Origin: an uncultured Verrucomicrobiae bacterium
Lineage (GTDB): Bacteria > Verrucomicrobiota > Verrucomicrobiia > Chthoniobacterales > UBA10450
NCBI GenBank assembly: GCA_963726745.1
Contig: CAVSDR010000004.1
Span: 128,001 to 192,000, forward strand
Reading direction: 5' to 3'
Length of the DNA stretch: 64,000 nt
The stretch's first letter is position 1. The number at the start of each line of letters is the position of its first letter. This document shows, piece by piece, positions 51,675-63,268 of the stretch. A program made the translations under genes and the position numbers. The notes below the pieces were generated by a model. The model was not told the DNA's origin. It did not search any database and worked only from the letters and a program-made list of their open reading frames with translations.

Positions 51675-52812
51675 ATGAAAGCGCTCCTCGCCCTCGAAGA
51701 TGGACGAATTTTCCACGGCGAGGCCTTCGGCGACGCCGGCGACCGTCGTGGGCGAAATTTGCTTCAATACCTCCATGACTGGCTACCAGGAGGTGCTGAC
51801 CGATCCCTCCTATCGCGGCCAGATCGTGGCCATGACCTATCCGCACATCGGAAACTACGGGACGAACGCGCTCGACCAGGAGAGCGCCCGGCCGCACGTG
51901 CGCGGTTTCGTGATCGAGGAATTAAGCGACATCCCGAGTTCGTGGCGCTCGGAGCGATCGCTCGAGGATTACCTGCGGCATTGGAAAATTCCCGGTGTGC
52001 AAGGGATCGACACCCGCGCCCTGACCCGACACCTGCGCGAGCGTGGCGCGATGAAAGCCTGCCTAACGAGTGAAGCAATCAGCGACGAGGAAGCAGTGGC
52101 GCGCGCGGCGGAGGGCGCGGGCGTGATCGGGATGGATTACGTGCAGGAAGTGACCGCGACCTCGCCTTATCGCTGGGATCCGGAGGACACGGCCAGCCGG
52201 GTGTGGGGCACGGAAGACGAGCGGATGCAGCTCCCGCCGGTGCGCCACCAAATTGTCGCCTACGATTACGGGATCAAAGAAAACATCCTTCGGCGCCTGC
52301 GGCAGGAAGGGTTTGGCGTGACCGTGGTGCCGGCGCAGACGACCGCGGAGGAAGTGCTCGCGCTGCAGCCCGACGGCGTGTTCCTCTCGAATGGCCCGGG
52401 CGATCCGAGCGCGCTCCCGTATGCGCATGAGGCGGTGCGCGGCTTGATGGGCAAGACCCCGATCTTCGGCATCTGCCTTGGGCATCAGGTGCTCGGCTAC
52501 GCGTTTGGCGGCCGCACTTTTAAACTCAAGTTCGGGCATCGCGGGGGGAACCAACCCGTGAAAGACCTGCGTAGCGGGAAGGTCGCGATCACCTCGCAGA
52601 ATCACGGCTTCGCGGTCGACCCGGAATCGCTTCCGCCGGAAGTCGAGGTCACGCATGTGAACTTGAACGACGGCACCGTCGAGGGCATGCGGCACAAGGA
52701 GCTGCCGGTGTTTAGCGTGCAATATCATCCCGAGGCCGCGCCCGGCCCACATGATGCCGGCTATTTTTTTGCGCAGTTCGCCGAGTTGATCGACCGCCAA
52801 AAAAAGCCCTAA
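51675..52812 (+). CDS. carA: Carbamoyl-phosphate synthase small subunit (frameshift near 51735)
   Basis: [19 protein letters not shown], then in another frame [34 protein letters not shown]. Confidence 0.95.
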
Positions 52813-53519
52813 CGAGTCCGCAACTCCACGACCTCGCGGAACATCCGCAAGCTGTCGCGGGCGAAGCTGACCTTGCTGCCGTCGTGGTGATTCCAGCGCA
52901 CCGGGATCTCGCGCAGCCGCAAGCCGGCGGCCTGCGCCAGGTAGAGCCATTCGACGTCGAAGCTGAAGCCGTCGTGGCGCGATTGCTCCAGCACCGGCCG
53001 GAATGCCTCCATCCCAAAGGCCTTGAAGCCGCATTGCGTGTCCCAAAACGGCAGGCCGGTCCCGAGGCGCACGAGTAAATTGAAGACGCGCCCTCCCTGC
53101 TCGCGATGCCACGCCTGCCGCTGGCCGATGAGCCGCCGGTCGAGCGCGCGCGAGCCGAAAGCGATGTCTATTTCCCCGGCGTTAATCGGGTCGAGAAGCT
53201 TGGGCGCTTCCTCGATCGGCGTGGAGAGATCGGCGTCGCTGAAGAGCGCCACCGGCCGCGTGGCCGCGAGCAAGCCATCGCGCACGGCGGCGCCTTTGCC
53301 GCGGTTTGGTTGGTGGAACAGGAGCCGCGTCTCGCAAGCGGCGCCGGTAAAGACTTCGCGCACGACCGCGCTGGTGGCATCGGGCGAGCCGTCGTCGACC
53401 ACGATGACCTCGCTGCCCGGGCTTTCGCGCTCGAGGTAGGCCAGCACTTCGCGCAGCGTCTGGCCGATGCGCGCCGCTTCGTTGTACGCGGGAATGACGA
53501 GGCTGAAGGGCGGGAGCAT
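52809..53519 (-). CDS. GT2 glycosyltransferase (dolichyl-phosphate glucosyltransferase-like)
   Basis: [35 protein letters not shown]. Confidence 0.92.
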   Translation of the reverse strand: MLPPFSLVIPAYNEAARIGQTLREVLAYLERESPGSEVIVVDDGSPDATSAVVREVFTGAACETRLLFHQPNRGKGAAVRDGLLAATRPVALFSDADLSTPIEEAPKLLDPINAGEIDIAFGSRALDRRLIGQRQAWHREQGGRVFNLLVRLGTGLPFWDTQCGFKAFGMEAFRPVLEQSRHDGFSFDVEWLYLAQAAGLRLREIPVRWNHHDGSKVSFARDSLRMFREVVELRTR

Positions 53520-53534
53520 GCGCAGCGGCGCGGT

Positions 53535-54371
53535 CTAACGAGCGGTCGGTGGAGGCGTGGCCGGCGTGGTGCCGGTGGTGTCGCCGCCGAGAATGACGGG
53601 CAAGCCGTCCTTGCCGTTGCCGATGATGATGACCTTCGAGTTCCCGCTGAGCGCGAGTTCCTTGGTCGCCTCGATTCCTTTCCACTTCAGGAGATTTTCG
53701 TTGATCCCGTCGGTCACGATCTTTTGGAAACTGGAGATGCCCTCGGCCTCGATCGTCTTGCGCTCGGCTTCCTGTTTTTCCTTCAGGAGGACGAACTGCA
53801 TCCGCGAGGCTTCCTGCTCCGCGCTCAGCTTTTCCTGGATCGCCTGCTGGAGGCGCAGCGGCAGGGCGACATCGCGCAGGAGCACCCGCTCCACCGTGAC
53901 CCCGCGCGGCTCGATCGCGCCCACGATTTGGCGGGTGAGATCGCTGCTCATCCGCTCGCGCTCGGAGGAGTAGAGCGCTTTCGCCTCGTAAGAGCTGGTC
54001 GTCTCGCGGACTGCGCTGCGGACGTTGGGCCCCACGAGGACCTCGTCGTAGTTCAGCCCGACACTGCGATAAAGCTCCGGCGCCTTCTCGGGATCGAGAT
54101 GGAAAAGCACGCTGATGTCGAGATGCACCACCAGGCCCTCGCTTGAAGGCGTGTCCATCGCTTCCTTCACTTCGCGCGTTTGCACCGACATCCGATGCAC
54201 TCCGGCCAGCGGATTGATCAGGTGAAAACCGGCCGGCAACGCCTGCGGATAGACGCGCCCGAAAAGATCGACCACGCCCACGTGGCCTGCAGGAATCACG
54301 CGCGCCGAGCGAAACAACAACAGCCCGACGAGCGCCAAGAGGAAGAGGAAGGCCGTCGATTTCGGTTTCAC
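53535..54371 (-). CDS. SPFH/prohibitin family protein
   Basis: N-terminal TM, IPAGHVGV, VLLRDV, AERKTIEAEG. Confidence 0.92.
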   Translation of the reverse strand: MKPKSTAFLFLLALVGLLLFRSARVIPAGHVGVVDLFGRVYPQALPAGFHLINPLAGVHRMSVQTREVKEAMDTPSSEGLVVHLDISVLFHLDPEKAPELYRSVGLNYDEVLVGPNVRSAVRETTSSYEAKALYSSERERMSSDLTRQIVGAIEPRGVTVERVLLRDVALPLRLQQAIQEKLSAEQEASRMQFVLLKEKQEAERKTIEAEGISSFQKIVTDGINENLLKWKGIEATKELALSGNSKVIIIGNGKDGLPVILGGDTTGTTPATPPPTAR

Positions 54372-54477
54372 GGCGGCAGTCTACGGCCACCGCTGCGGGT
54401 GTCGAAATTTTTCGCGGCGCCGCGCCGGCCAGTTTCCCCTTTCCCGCCGGAGCAACTAAGGCAACTTCTCCGAGCGC

Positions 54478-55329
54478 ATGGCCGAGGCAGAGCACATCGA
54501 TCCCGAGAACGTCCCCATCCCGACCAATCCCGTGGTCGTGGTCCAGGGCGTGGGCGCGCTCGGCCGCAGCTTCCTGCACCAGATCGGGAGCATGTTCTGG
54601 TTCCTGATCAACACGGTCACGGAGACGGCCGACAACGTTCGCCGCGGCCGCGCGCCGTTCCGCGCCTCGAGCTTTTTCCGGCACACCGAACGCGCCGGCG
54701 TCGGCTCGGTGCCGCTGGTCGCGATGGTTTCGTTTTTCCTCGGGCTAACGATGGCGCTGCTAACTGGCTACCAGTTGCAACGTTTCGGCACCGAGCGGCT
54801 GGTGCCGGGGCTGGTGGCGATCGCGTTTACCCGCGAGCTCGGGCCGTTGCTCACCGGGATCATGCTCGCGGCGCGCATCGGTGCGGCTTTCACCGCGGAG
54901 CTCGGGACGATGCAGGTCTCGGAGGAAGTGGAAGCGATCGAGGCCATGGGCATCAGCCCGCTGCGTTTTCTGGTCGCGCCGCGCTTGCTCGCGCTCTTCG
55001 CGCTCATGCCCTGCCTCTCGATCATTTCCAGCCTGGCGGCAATTCTTGCGACCTCGCTGATCTCGCGCGCGTATTTCAACATCGCTTTCGTCTACTTCAA
55101 CGACCTTGTGCTCCACAGCCTGCTCATCCGCGACATCATTACCGGCGTGCTCAAGAGCTTCCTCTTCGGCTTGCTCATCGGCGCGATCGCCTGCTTCCGC
55201 GGCTTGAACGTCAAGGGCGGTGCCGCTGGCGTGGGCAGCTCCACCACCTCGAGCGTGGTCTCGGCGATCACCGCGGTGATCGCGTTCGATACCCTTTTCA
55301 ACGTCGTCTACGTGGTCTTCTTCCCGTGA
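54478..55329 (+). CDS. mlaE: MlaE family ABC permease
   Basis: RELGPLLTG, AELGTM.VSEE..A, GGAAGVG.STT..VV. Confidence 0.93.
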   Translation: MAEAEHIDPENVPIPTNPVVVVQGVGALGRSFLHQIGSMFWFLINTVTETADNVRRGRAPFRASSFFRHTERAGVGSVPLVAMVSFFLGLTMALLTGYQLQRFGTERLVPGLVAIAFTRELGPLLTGIMLAARIGAAFTAELGTMQVSEEVEAIEAMGISPLRFLVAPRLLALFALMPCLSIISSLAAILATSLISRAYFNIAFVYFNDLVLHSLLIRDIITGVLKSFLFGLLIGAIACFRGLNVKGGAAGVGSSTTSSVVSAITAVIAFDTLFNVVYVVFFP

Positions 55330-56129
55330 ACTTGCCGGCTAACGACAACCGCATCCCGCCGATCGTCGAGCTGCGCGACGTGGCGTTGCACTTCGAGAGC
55401 AAACGCGTGCTCGACGGCGTCTCGCTGCGGGTGGAACCGCTCGATCGCCTGGTGGTCATGGGCCAGAGCGGGAGCGGCAAAAGCACCCTCCTGCGCCTGG
55501 TTCTCGGGATTCTCTGGCCGACCAGCGGGCAGATTTTCTTTAAACAATTCGAGGTCTCGCGGCTCTCGCGCCGGAAGCTGCAAAAGATCCGCACGCAGAT
55601 CGGCATGGTCTACCAATACTCCGCGCTCCTGAGCTCGCGGAACGTGCGCGACAACGTCGCCCTCCCGCTCGAGGAATTAACCCGCAAGACCCGCGGCGAG
55701 ATCGAGGAAATCGTCGATGCCAAACTCGACCTCGTGGGCATGAGCGGGGTGAAACACCAGATGCCCTCGGAATTAAGCGGCGGGATGCGCAAACGCATCA
55801 GCCTGGCGCGCGCGCTTGTGATGGAGCCGGAGCTGATTCTCTTCGACGAACCCTCGGCCGGCCTCGACCCGGTGATCAGCTCGGTGATCGACGAGTTGAT
55901 CATCAGCCTGAGCGAGCAATCGAAAGTCACCTCGATCATCGTGACCCACGAGATGGACAGCGCTTTCCGCATTGGCACGAAAATGGCCATGCTTTACCAC
56001 GGCAAGATCATCGAGATGGCCGAGACGGAAGCTTTTAAAAATTCACAAAACCCGGTCGTGCGGCAGTTCCTCAGTGGGAGCACGGAAGGACCGATTCTGG
56101 AAGGAACCCGAGATGCAATTGCGACGTAA
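55326..56129 (+). CDS. mlaF: MlaF family ABC ATPase
   Basis: GQSGSGKST, LSGGMRKR, FDEPSAGLDP; GTG start overlaps the mlaE stop. Confidence 0.93.
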   Translation: MNLPANDNRIPPIVELRDVALHFESKRVLDGVSLRVEPLDRLVVMGQSGSGKSTLLRLVLGILWPTSGQIFFKQFEVSRLSRRKLQKIRTQIGMVYQYSALLSSRNVRDNVALPLEELTRKTRGEIEEIVDAKLDLVGMSGVKHQMPSELSGGMRKRISLARALVMEPELILFDEPSAGLDPVISSVIDELIISLSEQSKVTSIIVTHEMDSAFRIGTKMAMLYHGKIIEMAETEAFKNSQNPVVRQFLSGSTEGPILEGTRDAIAT

Positions 56130-57178
56130 CGAAATCCTCACCGGCCTGCTGGTGCTGGCCACCGTGGCCGTGCTCACCGGCGTGCTCATCCTCCTGGGCG
56201 CGCCTGGCCTGTTCAAACCGCTGGTGAAATACGAGATCTATTTCGACAACGCCGCGGGCATCAAATTGGGCGCGCCGGTGCTCCTCGCGGGCCGCAAGAT
56301 TGGGCAGGTCGAGAGCCTTTACTCGCCGCTCTCGAAGGAGGAGGAAGCGCGCGCCCGCGCCGCGGCCAACCGCGGCCGCATTCCGGTGCAGCCGGCGAAG
56401 GAAGACGGCCAGCCGTCGGAAGCGAAGTTCGAAGCGCGGGTCAACGTGCGCGTCGACAAAAGCGCCGTGGTCTACAAGGACGCGCGCGCGCGCCTGATCA
56501 CGCTTGGCTTGCTGGGCGAAACCGCAGTCGACTTTACCGAAGGCAACATCGACGCCGGGCTGGCGGAGAACGGACAACCCTTTGCGGGCGAACGCGTGCC
56601 CGATTTCGGCGAAGCCATCGCCAAGATGCTCGACATCATCCAGCCCGGTGGCCAAGGAAGCGACCGGCACCTTGAAGGAGCTGCAAACGACCGCGCAAAA
56701 CCTGAGCAAGATCACCGACGAACAGTCGCAGTTAAACATGGCCCTCGCGCAGATGCGCACCTTTGCCGAGAATCTCACCAGCATGACCGCGTCCGACAGC
56801 GCCCTGCAACTCGCGCTCAAGAATGTGGAGACGATCAGCACCAACTTGAGCAAGCTCACGACCGATATCTCGAGCAACAACAACATCGAGATCACGCTGC
56901 AAAACTTCCGCGATTCCTCCGAGAAATTGAAATCGGCGCTGAACGAGCTCACGCCGGATCTGCAGGCCACCGGGACCAACGTGAAGGAACTGACCGACAC
57001 CGTGAAACGCCAGCCGTGGCGGCTCGTGTGGCCCAGCACGAAGGCGTATCCGCAAGACCAGCCGCAAAGCGGCGACACTATCACCGTGCGAAAGTCGACT
57101 CGCTCACGCAGCAGCAGCAAACAGGAAAAACAGCCGGCAAAGCGTGTTCCGCGCGGAGTGCTCTACCAGGGCGAATAG
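56113..57178 (+). CDS. mlaD: MlaD/MCE protein (frameshift near 56645)
   Basis: TM, FDNAAGIKLGAPV..AG..IGQV; the coiled-coil tail and PWRLVW are in another frame. Confidence 0.85.
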
Positions 57179-57187
57179 TCAGCAAGC

Positions 57188-58306
57188 TCAGGCCGCTTTT
57201 TGCGCACTGCTCAGGCGTTCCTCGAGGAAATTCATCACCGCGACTTCGACGCTCCGCAGGTCCGGTGCGTTCTGCGCCAGCGCCTGGTCGGCCTTGCGCT
57301 TGAGCCCCTCGATCGTCCCGCCACGCAGGTAATTCTCGAAGATCTCCGGGTGCACGTAGCACTTCCGGCACACTGCCGGGGTGTTACCCAGCACTTTCGC
57401 CACCGCGGCCACGGCTTGCTTGATGTTCTTTTTCGCGGCCGCCTTCGTTTCGGACGCTTCGAGCGCGTTCAAGGCCACCGCCGCGAGCACCGTGCCCGCC
57501 CAGGTGCGAAAATCCTTCGCGGTAAATTCGCCGCCGGCGATCTCGCGCAGGTAGTCGTTCACGTCCTGCGAATCGATGTGCCGCGCCTCGCCCTCGTCGT
57601 CCACGTAGCCGAAAAGCTCCTGGCCCGGGAGCTCCTGCGCTTTCTTTACGATCCGCGCGAGCCGGCGGTCAGCCAGTTCCATCTGGTGGGTCACGCCGCT
57701 CTTGCCGCGAAACTTGAACGTCACTTTCGCGCCCTTCACGGCGGCGTGCTTGTTCCGCATGGTCGTTAGGCCATAGGACTTGTTTTCGCGCGCATACTCT
57801 TCGTTGCCGATGCGGATGAAGGTGCGCTCCATAATCGAGACGATCGTCGCGAGAACCTTGTTTTTCGGCAGGCCGGGCAACTCCAGGTCGGCCTGAACTC
57901 GCCGTCTAATTTTTGGGAGCGCCGCGCCGAACGCGAGCATCTTGTCGTATTTCGATTCGTCGCGCTGCTGGCGGAATTTCTCGTGATAGCGGTATTGCTT
58001 CCGCCCGCGGGCGTCGCGACCGGTGGCCTGGAGGTGGCCGTTAGGCGACGGGCAAATCCAGACGTCGGTGTAAGCCGGAGGCACCGCCAGCCGGCGACAC
58101 CGCAGAACCTTTCCTTCGTCGGTAATCAGCTTGCCGTGGGTGTCGTAAAATTCCCAGTCGTCGCCCTTTTTCTTGCGAGTGTAACCGGGGTGATCGTCGC
58201 TCACATAACGCAGCCCGGCTTCCTCCGCGGCCGCCTCCGGATCGAGGACCACACCCTCGAGCGACCCCGCTTTTCCATTCCCGTTCGCCGACCCTTTTCC
58301 AGCCAT
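57188..58306 (-). CDS. Bacterial DNA topoisomerase IB
   Basis: HLQATGRDARGRKQYRYH, RIGN, FRGKSG, KDFRTW, LGNTPAVCRKCYVHP. Confidence 0.95.
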   Translation of the reverse strand: MAGKGSANGNGKAGSLEGVVLDPEAAAEEAGLRYVSDDHPGYTRKKKGDDWEFYDTHGKLITDEGKVLRCRRLAVPPAYTDVWICPSPNGHLQATGRDARGRKQYRYHEKFRQQRDESKYDKMLAFGAALPKIRRRVQADLELPGLPKNKVLATIVSIMERTFIRIGNEEYARENKSYGLTTMRNKHAAVKGAKVTFKFRGKSGVTHQMELADRRLARIVKKAQELPGQELFGYVDDEGEARHIDSQDVNDYLREIAGGEFTAKDFRTWAGTVLAAVALNALEASETKAAAKKNIKQAVAAVAKVLGNTPAVCRKCYVHPEIFENYLRGGTIEGLKRKADQALAQNAPDLRSVEVAVMNFLEERLSSAQKAA

Positions 58307-58375
58307 GAAAACAGATACGTGCGCAACCGGCGAAAAGGCTGCACTGCGCTTCCTGAGCGCCTCGCTTGCCCCGAG

Positions 58376-58816
58376 CTACGCGCCGTAGCTCTTGGTGAAT
58401 TTCTTGCGCGACTCGCCTTCGCTTGGGGAAGGCGCGGCCGGATCGCTCGCGCTTGGAGACGGCGCGTTCTCGGCGGGCGCGGAAGATTTCGGAGCCTCGC
58501 TGGAGCTGGAGGGAGCTGGGCGGCTGCCGCCTTTCTGCTCCTGCGAAACCTCCACGAAGACCATTTGCAAATTAGCCAGCGCATTGCGCAGGACGGTGGC
58601 CTCTTCGTTGCTCAAGTTGCCGCGGGTCTTTTCCTGAATCATCGCCAGCTGATCGATGAACATCTTCGCGAACTCGAGGTTCACCTCGCCCTCGCCGGTC
58701 TGCGGGTTCGGGATTTGCCCGAGGAAAAGGGCCGCGTTCTGCGCGTGCATCATCACGAATTCGATGAAGCGCTGCGCCATCTCGCCGCTTTGGGTGGTGG
58801 TTTGAACTTCGGCCAT
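58376..58816 (-). CDS. DUF1844 family protein
   Basis: LFLGQIPNPQTG...AKMFIDQL.MIQEKTRGNL..EE. Confidence 0.85.
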   Translation of the reverse strand: MAEVQTTTQSGEMAQRFIEFVMMHAQNAALFLGQIPNPQTGEGEVNLEFAKMFIDQLAMIQEKTRGNLSNEEATVLRNALANLQMVFVEVSQEQKGGSRPAPSSSSEAPKSSAPAENAPSPSASDPAAPSPSEGESRKKFTKSYGA

Positions 58817-58817
58817 A

Positions 58818-61404
58818 TTAGTTTTCTCCCTGCGTCTGCGGCCGCACGGTCGCGAGGACATACGGTTGCGCAAAATATTTCGCGGCCACACGCCGCACCT
58901 CCGCGGCCGTGACCGCCTCGACTTCCGCTTCCAGCTTTCGGTAATGATCAAACCCGATCCCGTAGAGCTCATCAAGCGCGCTCATGTAGCCGAGGCTGTC
59001 ATTGCTTTGATTTGAGATCTGCTGCTGGCCGATGAGTTTTTTCTTCGCGCGGACGAGTTCTTCATCAGTCAGGCCCTCGCGCGCGAGCTGGCCGATCTCC
59101 TCGAGCAGGGCCTGCTTCACGGCCGGGACTTTCTGCGGATCGGTCCCTAAATAGAAGGCAAACATGCCAGGCACCAGTCCCTGCAATTGCGTGGAGCCGA
59201 CGTAATAAGCCAGCCCCATCTCCTCACGGATGCGGATGAAAAAACGCGAGCCCAGGTCGCTGCTCGCTTCATCGATCAACTCGAGCGCTGCGCGGTCCGG
59301 GCTGAACATGTCCGCGCTGCGGAAGCCCACCATGAGCACCGCCTGCTCCTTCTCGCGCAAGCTGCCAACTTCCGCCATGGCGGCGATCGGCCTGCTCGCA
59401 GCTACCTGCTCGAGCGCGAGCGCGCCCGGGCGCATCGTCGCGAGAACTTGCTCGAAAAGCTCCCGCACTTCCGCCGCTTTCACATTGCCGAAGACCGAGA
59501 GCACACCGTTCCGCGCGACCACATGGCGATCGCGAAAGGCGACCAACTCTGTGCGCGCGAGCTTTTGCACCGCCTCAGCAGAACCCTTCCCGCGCAAGGA
59601 ATAGGGATGGTCCCGGAAGAGCGCCTGCGCGCACGAGATTGCGCGCGACCGCAGTGAGGTGTTCCTCCTCTTCCTTAATGAGCGCGAGCTGCACTTCCCT
59701 TTCGCGCACGATCGCTTCCTCCGGGAAGTTCGCGTTCAGGAGAACATCGGCGAGTAATTCGCCGGCCTGGCGGAGATCGGGCTGGGTGACCTCGAGAGAA
59801 ATGCAGAAGCTGTTGTTGCCGGAATCGCTTCCCAAGTGGCCGCCTATTTCCTCGACCTCGTTGGCAATTTGCTCGGCCGTGCGCGTGGTCGTGCCCTTGA
59901 GCAGCACCTTCGCCATCAGGCGCGTGATTCCATTCGTCTCCGGCGTTTCCGCGAGCAGTCCGCCGCGGAAAACCGCGGTCATCGAAACCAGCGGCAGGCG
60001 CGCATCCTCCCGCACGAGCAGGCGCAGGCCGTTGCTCAACTCCAGCTTTTGAATCTCGCCCGCGGTGATCGTTTTTCCCGGCGAGATTGGTGCCGCGAAC
60101 GCCGCCTTCGGGTTGAGCGAAATGACCGTGAGATTGCCCGGGGTGAGATACTGCCGGGCGACGCGCTGGATGTCCTCCGCGGTCACCTGCTGCACGTCCT
60201 CGAGGTAGTCGCGGGTGAAATTGAGATTGCGCGTGAGGAACCAGCTCGAGCCGAGATCGGAGGCCTGCCCGCGCATCGTCGTGAGCGTGGCGAGGTGCTG
60301 GCTGAGCGACATCTTGCGCGCTTTTTTCAACTCCGCCGCGGTCACACCACTTTCCTGGATTTCCGCGACAATCTGCAGGATCAACGCCTGCGCCTCGATC
60401 CGCTTTTCCGGTTCGGTGGCCGCATCGATCCCGAGCAAGCCCGCGTAGCCCGGCGTGTAGGAATAAGCGGAAACGCCGTAAGCCAGGCCTGCTTCTTCAC
60501 GCACCCGGCGGTAGAGCCGTGAACTGCGGCCATCACCCAGGATGGTGGACAAAAGATCGAGCGCGGGGACGTCGGGATGCGTCAGCTCCGGCACATGCCA
60601 GGCTAACGAGAGCCGGGTCAGCTCGGTGTTAAATTCCTGGTGAACCTCACGCGTCCCGAGCTGGATCGGCTCCTCGGGAATGAAGAGCGGCGGCAGGGAG
60701 CGCGCTGGGTATTCCGCAAAAAATTCCTCGAGCTGCGCGCGCACTGCTCGCGTATCGACATCGCCCACGATCACAAAGGTGAGATTGTTCGGCACGTAGC
60801 GCCGGCGGTAATAGGCGACCACTTGTTCCTGCGTGAGCTGGTTGAAGAGATCGAGCCAGCCGATCACCGGCAGCCGATAAGGATGCCGTTGGTAAGCGGT
60901 CGCGAAAAGTAGCTGCCCGGCCATGCGATCGGGATCGTCAAAGCCCATCGCAAACTCGCGCCGGATGACTTCCTGCTCCTTATCGTATTCCTCCTTCGGC
61001 AGGGTGGAATTCATCATCGCGTCGGCTAAAACGTCGATCGCCTCCGGCACGCCGGCTTTCGGCACATCGATCCAATACACCGTGCGGTCGAACGAAGTGT
61101 AGGCGTTGATGTAGCCGCCCACGTCCTGCACCGCCTGCGCGATTTCATTCGCGCCGCGCCGCTTCGTTCCCTTGAAAAGCATGTGCTCCAGGATGTGCGA
61201 AAGCCCCGCTCCGAGCTGCTCGCCCTCGTCGATGCTGCCGGTGCCGCACCACGCCTGCACGCTCGCGACGGGCGCGCTGTGGTCCTCCTGCACGATGATC
61301 GTAAGCCCGTTGACCAGGGTCCATTGCTCCGCGGAATTCGGCGGGAAAGTGATCGCCGCGCCTTGCGTGGGCGGAATGGTTTTCAGCTGAGCCGTCTCGT
61401 GCAT
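58818..61404 (-). CDS. M16 (pitrilysin-like) zinc protease (frameshift near 59630)
   Basis: GLSHILEHMLFKGT, INAYTSFD, SRLY..VRE..GLAY; the second half continues LFRDHPYSLRGKG in another frame. Confidence 0.9.
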
Positions 61405-61442
61405 ATCGATGGAAAATGGCGCCAGCCGGGGCGCGGGCCGCA

Positions 61443-61881
61443 TCATGAGGCCTTTGGCGCGGGCAGCGCCGGCGGCACGGTTTTCGAGGCGGGCCTCGCC
61501 TCGGGCGCGAATGGCTTCACGAAGACTTCGTCGAAATCGTAGACATCCTTGAAGTCCTCGATCGAGTCCTCCTCGGTCTTCCCGAAAATGCCGGCGCCGA
61601 TGAGATTGAAGACCATGTGGCCGATGTCCTCGGAGCTGCGGATGCCCCAGTAGCTGAAGACCGTGGTCACCATCGGGCCGAATTCCTTGAGCGCGTATTG
61701 CCGCACGCCCTTCGAGCAACTCCGGGCCAGCCACGTGCCGCACCGCGCCTCCCTTGATCTTCTTCTGCTGCTTCGTGGTGTAATCCAGCGAGTCGCGCAG
61801 GAAGACGTAGGCCGCATGCGCATAGCGCGGATCACTGGCGGTGATAAGATCGAGAGCTTCGGCGAATCCAATTTTCTGCAT
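61443..61881 (-). CDS. Planctomycete/Verrucomicrobia conserved protein (Minf_1886-like; frameshift near 61710)
   Basis: DPRY...AYVFLRDSLDYT...HVAGPELLEG, then VRQYALKEFGPM...WGIRSSEDIGHMVFNLI...DSIEDF. Confidence 0.85.
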
Positions 61882-61944
61882 GGGCGTGCGTCCTGAGAGG
61901 CGCCTATGATACGCGTCCCGCGTGTTTCGGGCAACTGTCGCGCG

Positions 61945-63240
61945 CTAGAACTGCGACTCGAGCGCGTCGAGATAAACCGAGATCGCGTCGCGCCGCCGCA
62001 CCTGCCGTTCCTCCGCCGCCTCGGCTGCATGGTGATAGGCCTGGAAACTTCCGCTAAAGCTGCGCGTTTGTGTCGCCTCGTGCCAGTTCAGGTAATCCGC
62101 GATCGCGCTCATCCGCCGCACGATTTGCTCGCGGCGCGAGCGCAATTCCGCAAGGCGAGCCGGGAGGCGTTTGGGCTTTTTTTGGCGCGCGATCTCGCTG
62201 GCTATTTTCGCATACTCCGCCAGCACCGGGACAAAGAGCGGATTCGCGCGGCCGGAGAGGAGCAACAACTCGTCGACTAAATTCGACAGCGCTTTCGGCG
62301 CCGCCGGCAAGCCGGCGAATTTCGGGAATTCCTCGAGCGCGTAGCTTGCGATCGGCTTCTCGCCTTCGCGCAAATCCACTCGCAAAACCCGGAGCAATTC
62401 TCGCTCGGTCTCCTCGCAACTGAGCAGCCGATAGCGCTCGCTCGCCGCCGCCCGCGCGACCGCCAGCGCCCAGTGCTTGCGCATCGCTTCGAGATCCGCG
62501 CCTAACGAGGGAAAGTGCGCCCGCAGCTCGGCCAGCGGATCGTTTCCCGCCTGCGGCAAGTCGCCCAGATAACGCGCGAGCGCCGCCGGGCCGCCGGGCG
62601 CATCGCTGAGCAAGGTGACCAGCGCCGCGGCGTAGGCGCGATAGAGCGCACGCGACGGCGAGTCGAGCAGCTCCGGGCGTTGCCGGAGAAAATCCGCCAG
62701 CGGCAGGATGTTTCCCGAGGCCACCGGGACCGTGAGCGCGTCGGCTATTTTCCCGGAATCGTGCCCCGGCGCGAGCGCGAGCGTCCCCTCGAGGAGCCAA
62801 TCCGGCGGCTCGACATAAGCCGTGCCCGGCGGCGTGTCGGGCGCGGCGCGATACATCATCTCGAGAAAAATTGCGCGCAGGATCTCGCGTTCCACCACCG
62901 GCCCGGTGAGGTCCGCCACCAGGCTCAGGTCGAGTTGCAGTTTCAACCCAAAGCCGGTTTGGCTGAAGCTGAGCTGCGCCCGCGGAACATCCGGCAGATT
63001 TGCTTGCGGCAATTGCGCGTTGATCAGGATGGGCGTTTTCCAGGCATCGTTCTCGCCGAGCAAGCGCAGCGCGGCCGCCTTCGTCCGCTCCGCCAAATCG
63101 CAAACCGCGCCGCGCAAACGCGCATCGGGACCGTAGACGATGAACTGCCGGGAAACGCTGTAGCTCCGCGGCACCGGCGTGCTTTCGGCGTGGGTGATCG
63201 CCACCAGGAGAAGAAAAGCGATGAGCAGACGACAGTTCAT
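61945..63240 (-). CDS. Secreted hypothetical protein
   Basis: Signal peptide, SRQFIVYG, PDWLLEG, RRDAISVYLD tail. Confidence 0.75.
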   Translation of the reverse strand: MNCRLLIAFLLLVAITHAESTPVPRSYSVSRQFIVYGPDARLRGAVCDLAERTKAAALRLLGENDAWKTPILINAQLPQANLPDVPRAQLSFSQTGFGLKLQLDLSLVADLTGPVVEREILRAIFLEMMYRAAPDTPPGTAYVEPPDWLLEGTLALAPGHDSGKIADALTVPVASGNILPLADFLRQRPELLDSPSRALYRAYAAALVTLLSDAPGGPAALARYLGDLPQAGNDPLAELRAHFPSLGADLEAMRKHWALAVARAAASERYRLLSCEETERELLRVLRVDLREGEKPIASYALEEFPKFAGLPAAPKALSNLVDELLLLSGRANPLFVPVLAEYAKIASEIARQKKPKRLPARLAELRSRREQIVRRMSAIADYLNWHEATQTRSFSGSFQAYHHAAEAAEERQVRRRDAISVYLDALESQF

Positions 63241-63268
63241 CCAGCGGGCGCGCGATCGCGCGGCTGAA

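Noticed and set aside
38766..52812. Programmed frameshifting or true pseudogenes in rpe, mpl and carA
   Set aside because: No slippery heptamers seen, no further decay, and indels are scattered window-wide, so sequencing error is more parsimonious
59575..61881. 768-aa fusion of the Minf_1886-like protein with the M16 protease
   Set aside because: Artefact of a frameshift near 61710; two separate genes are recoverable
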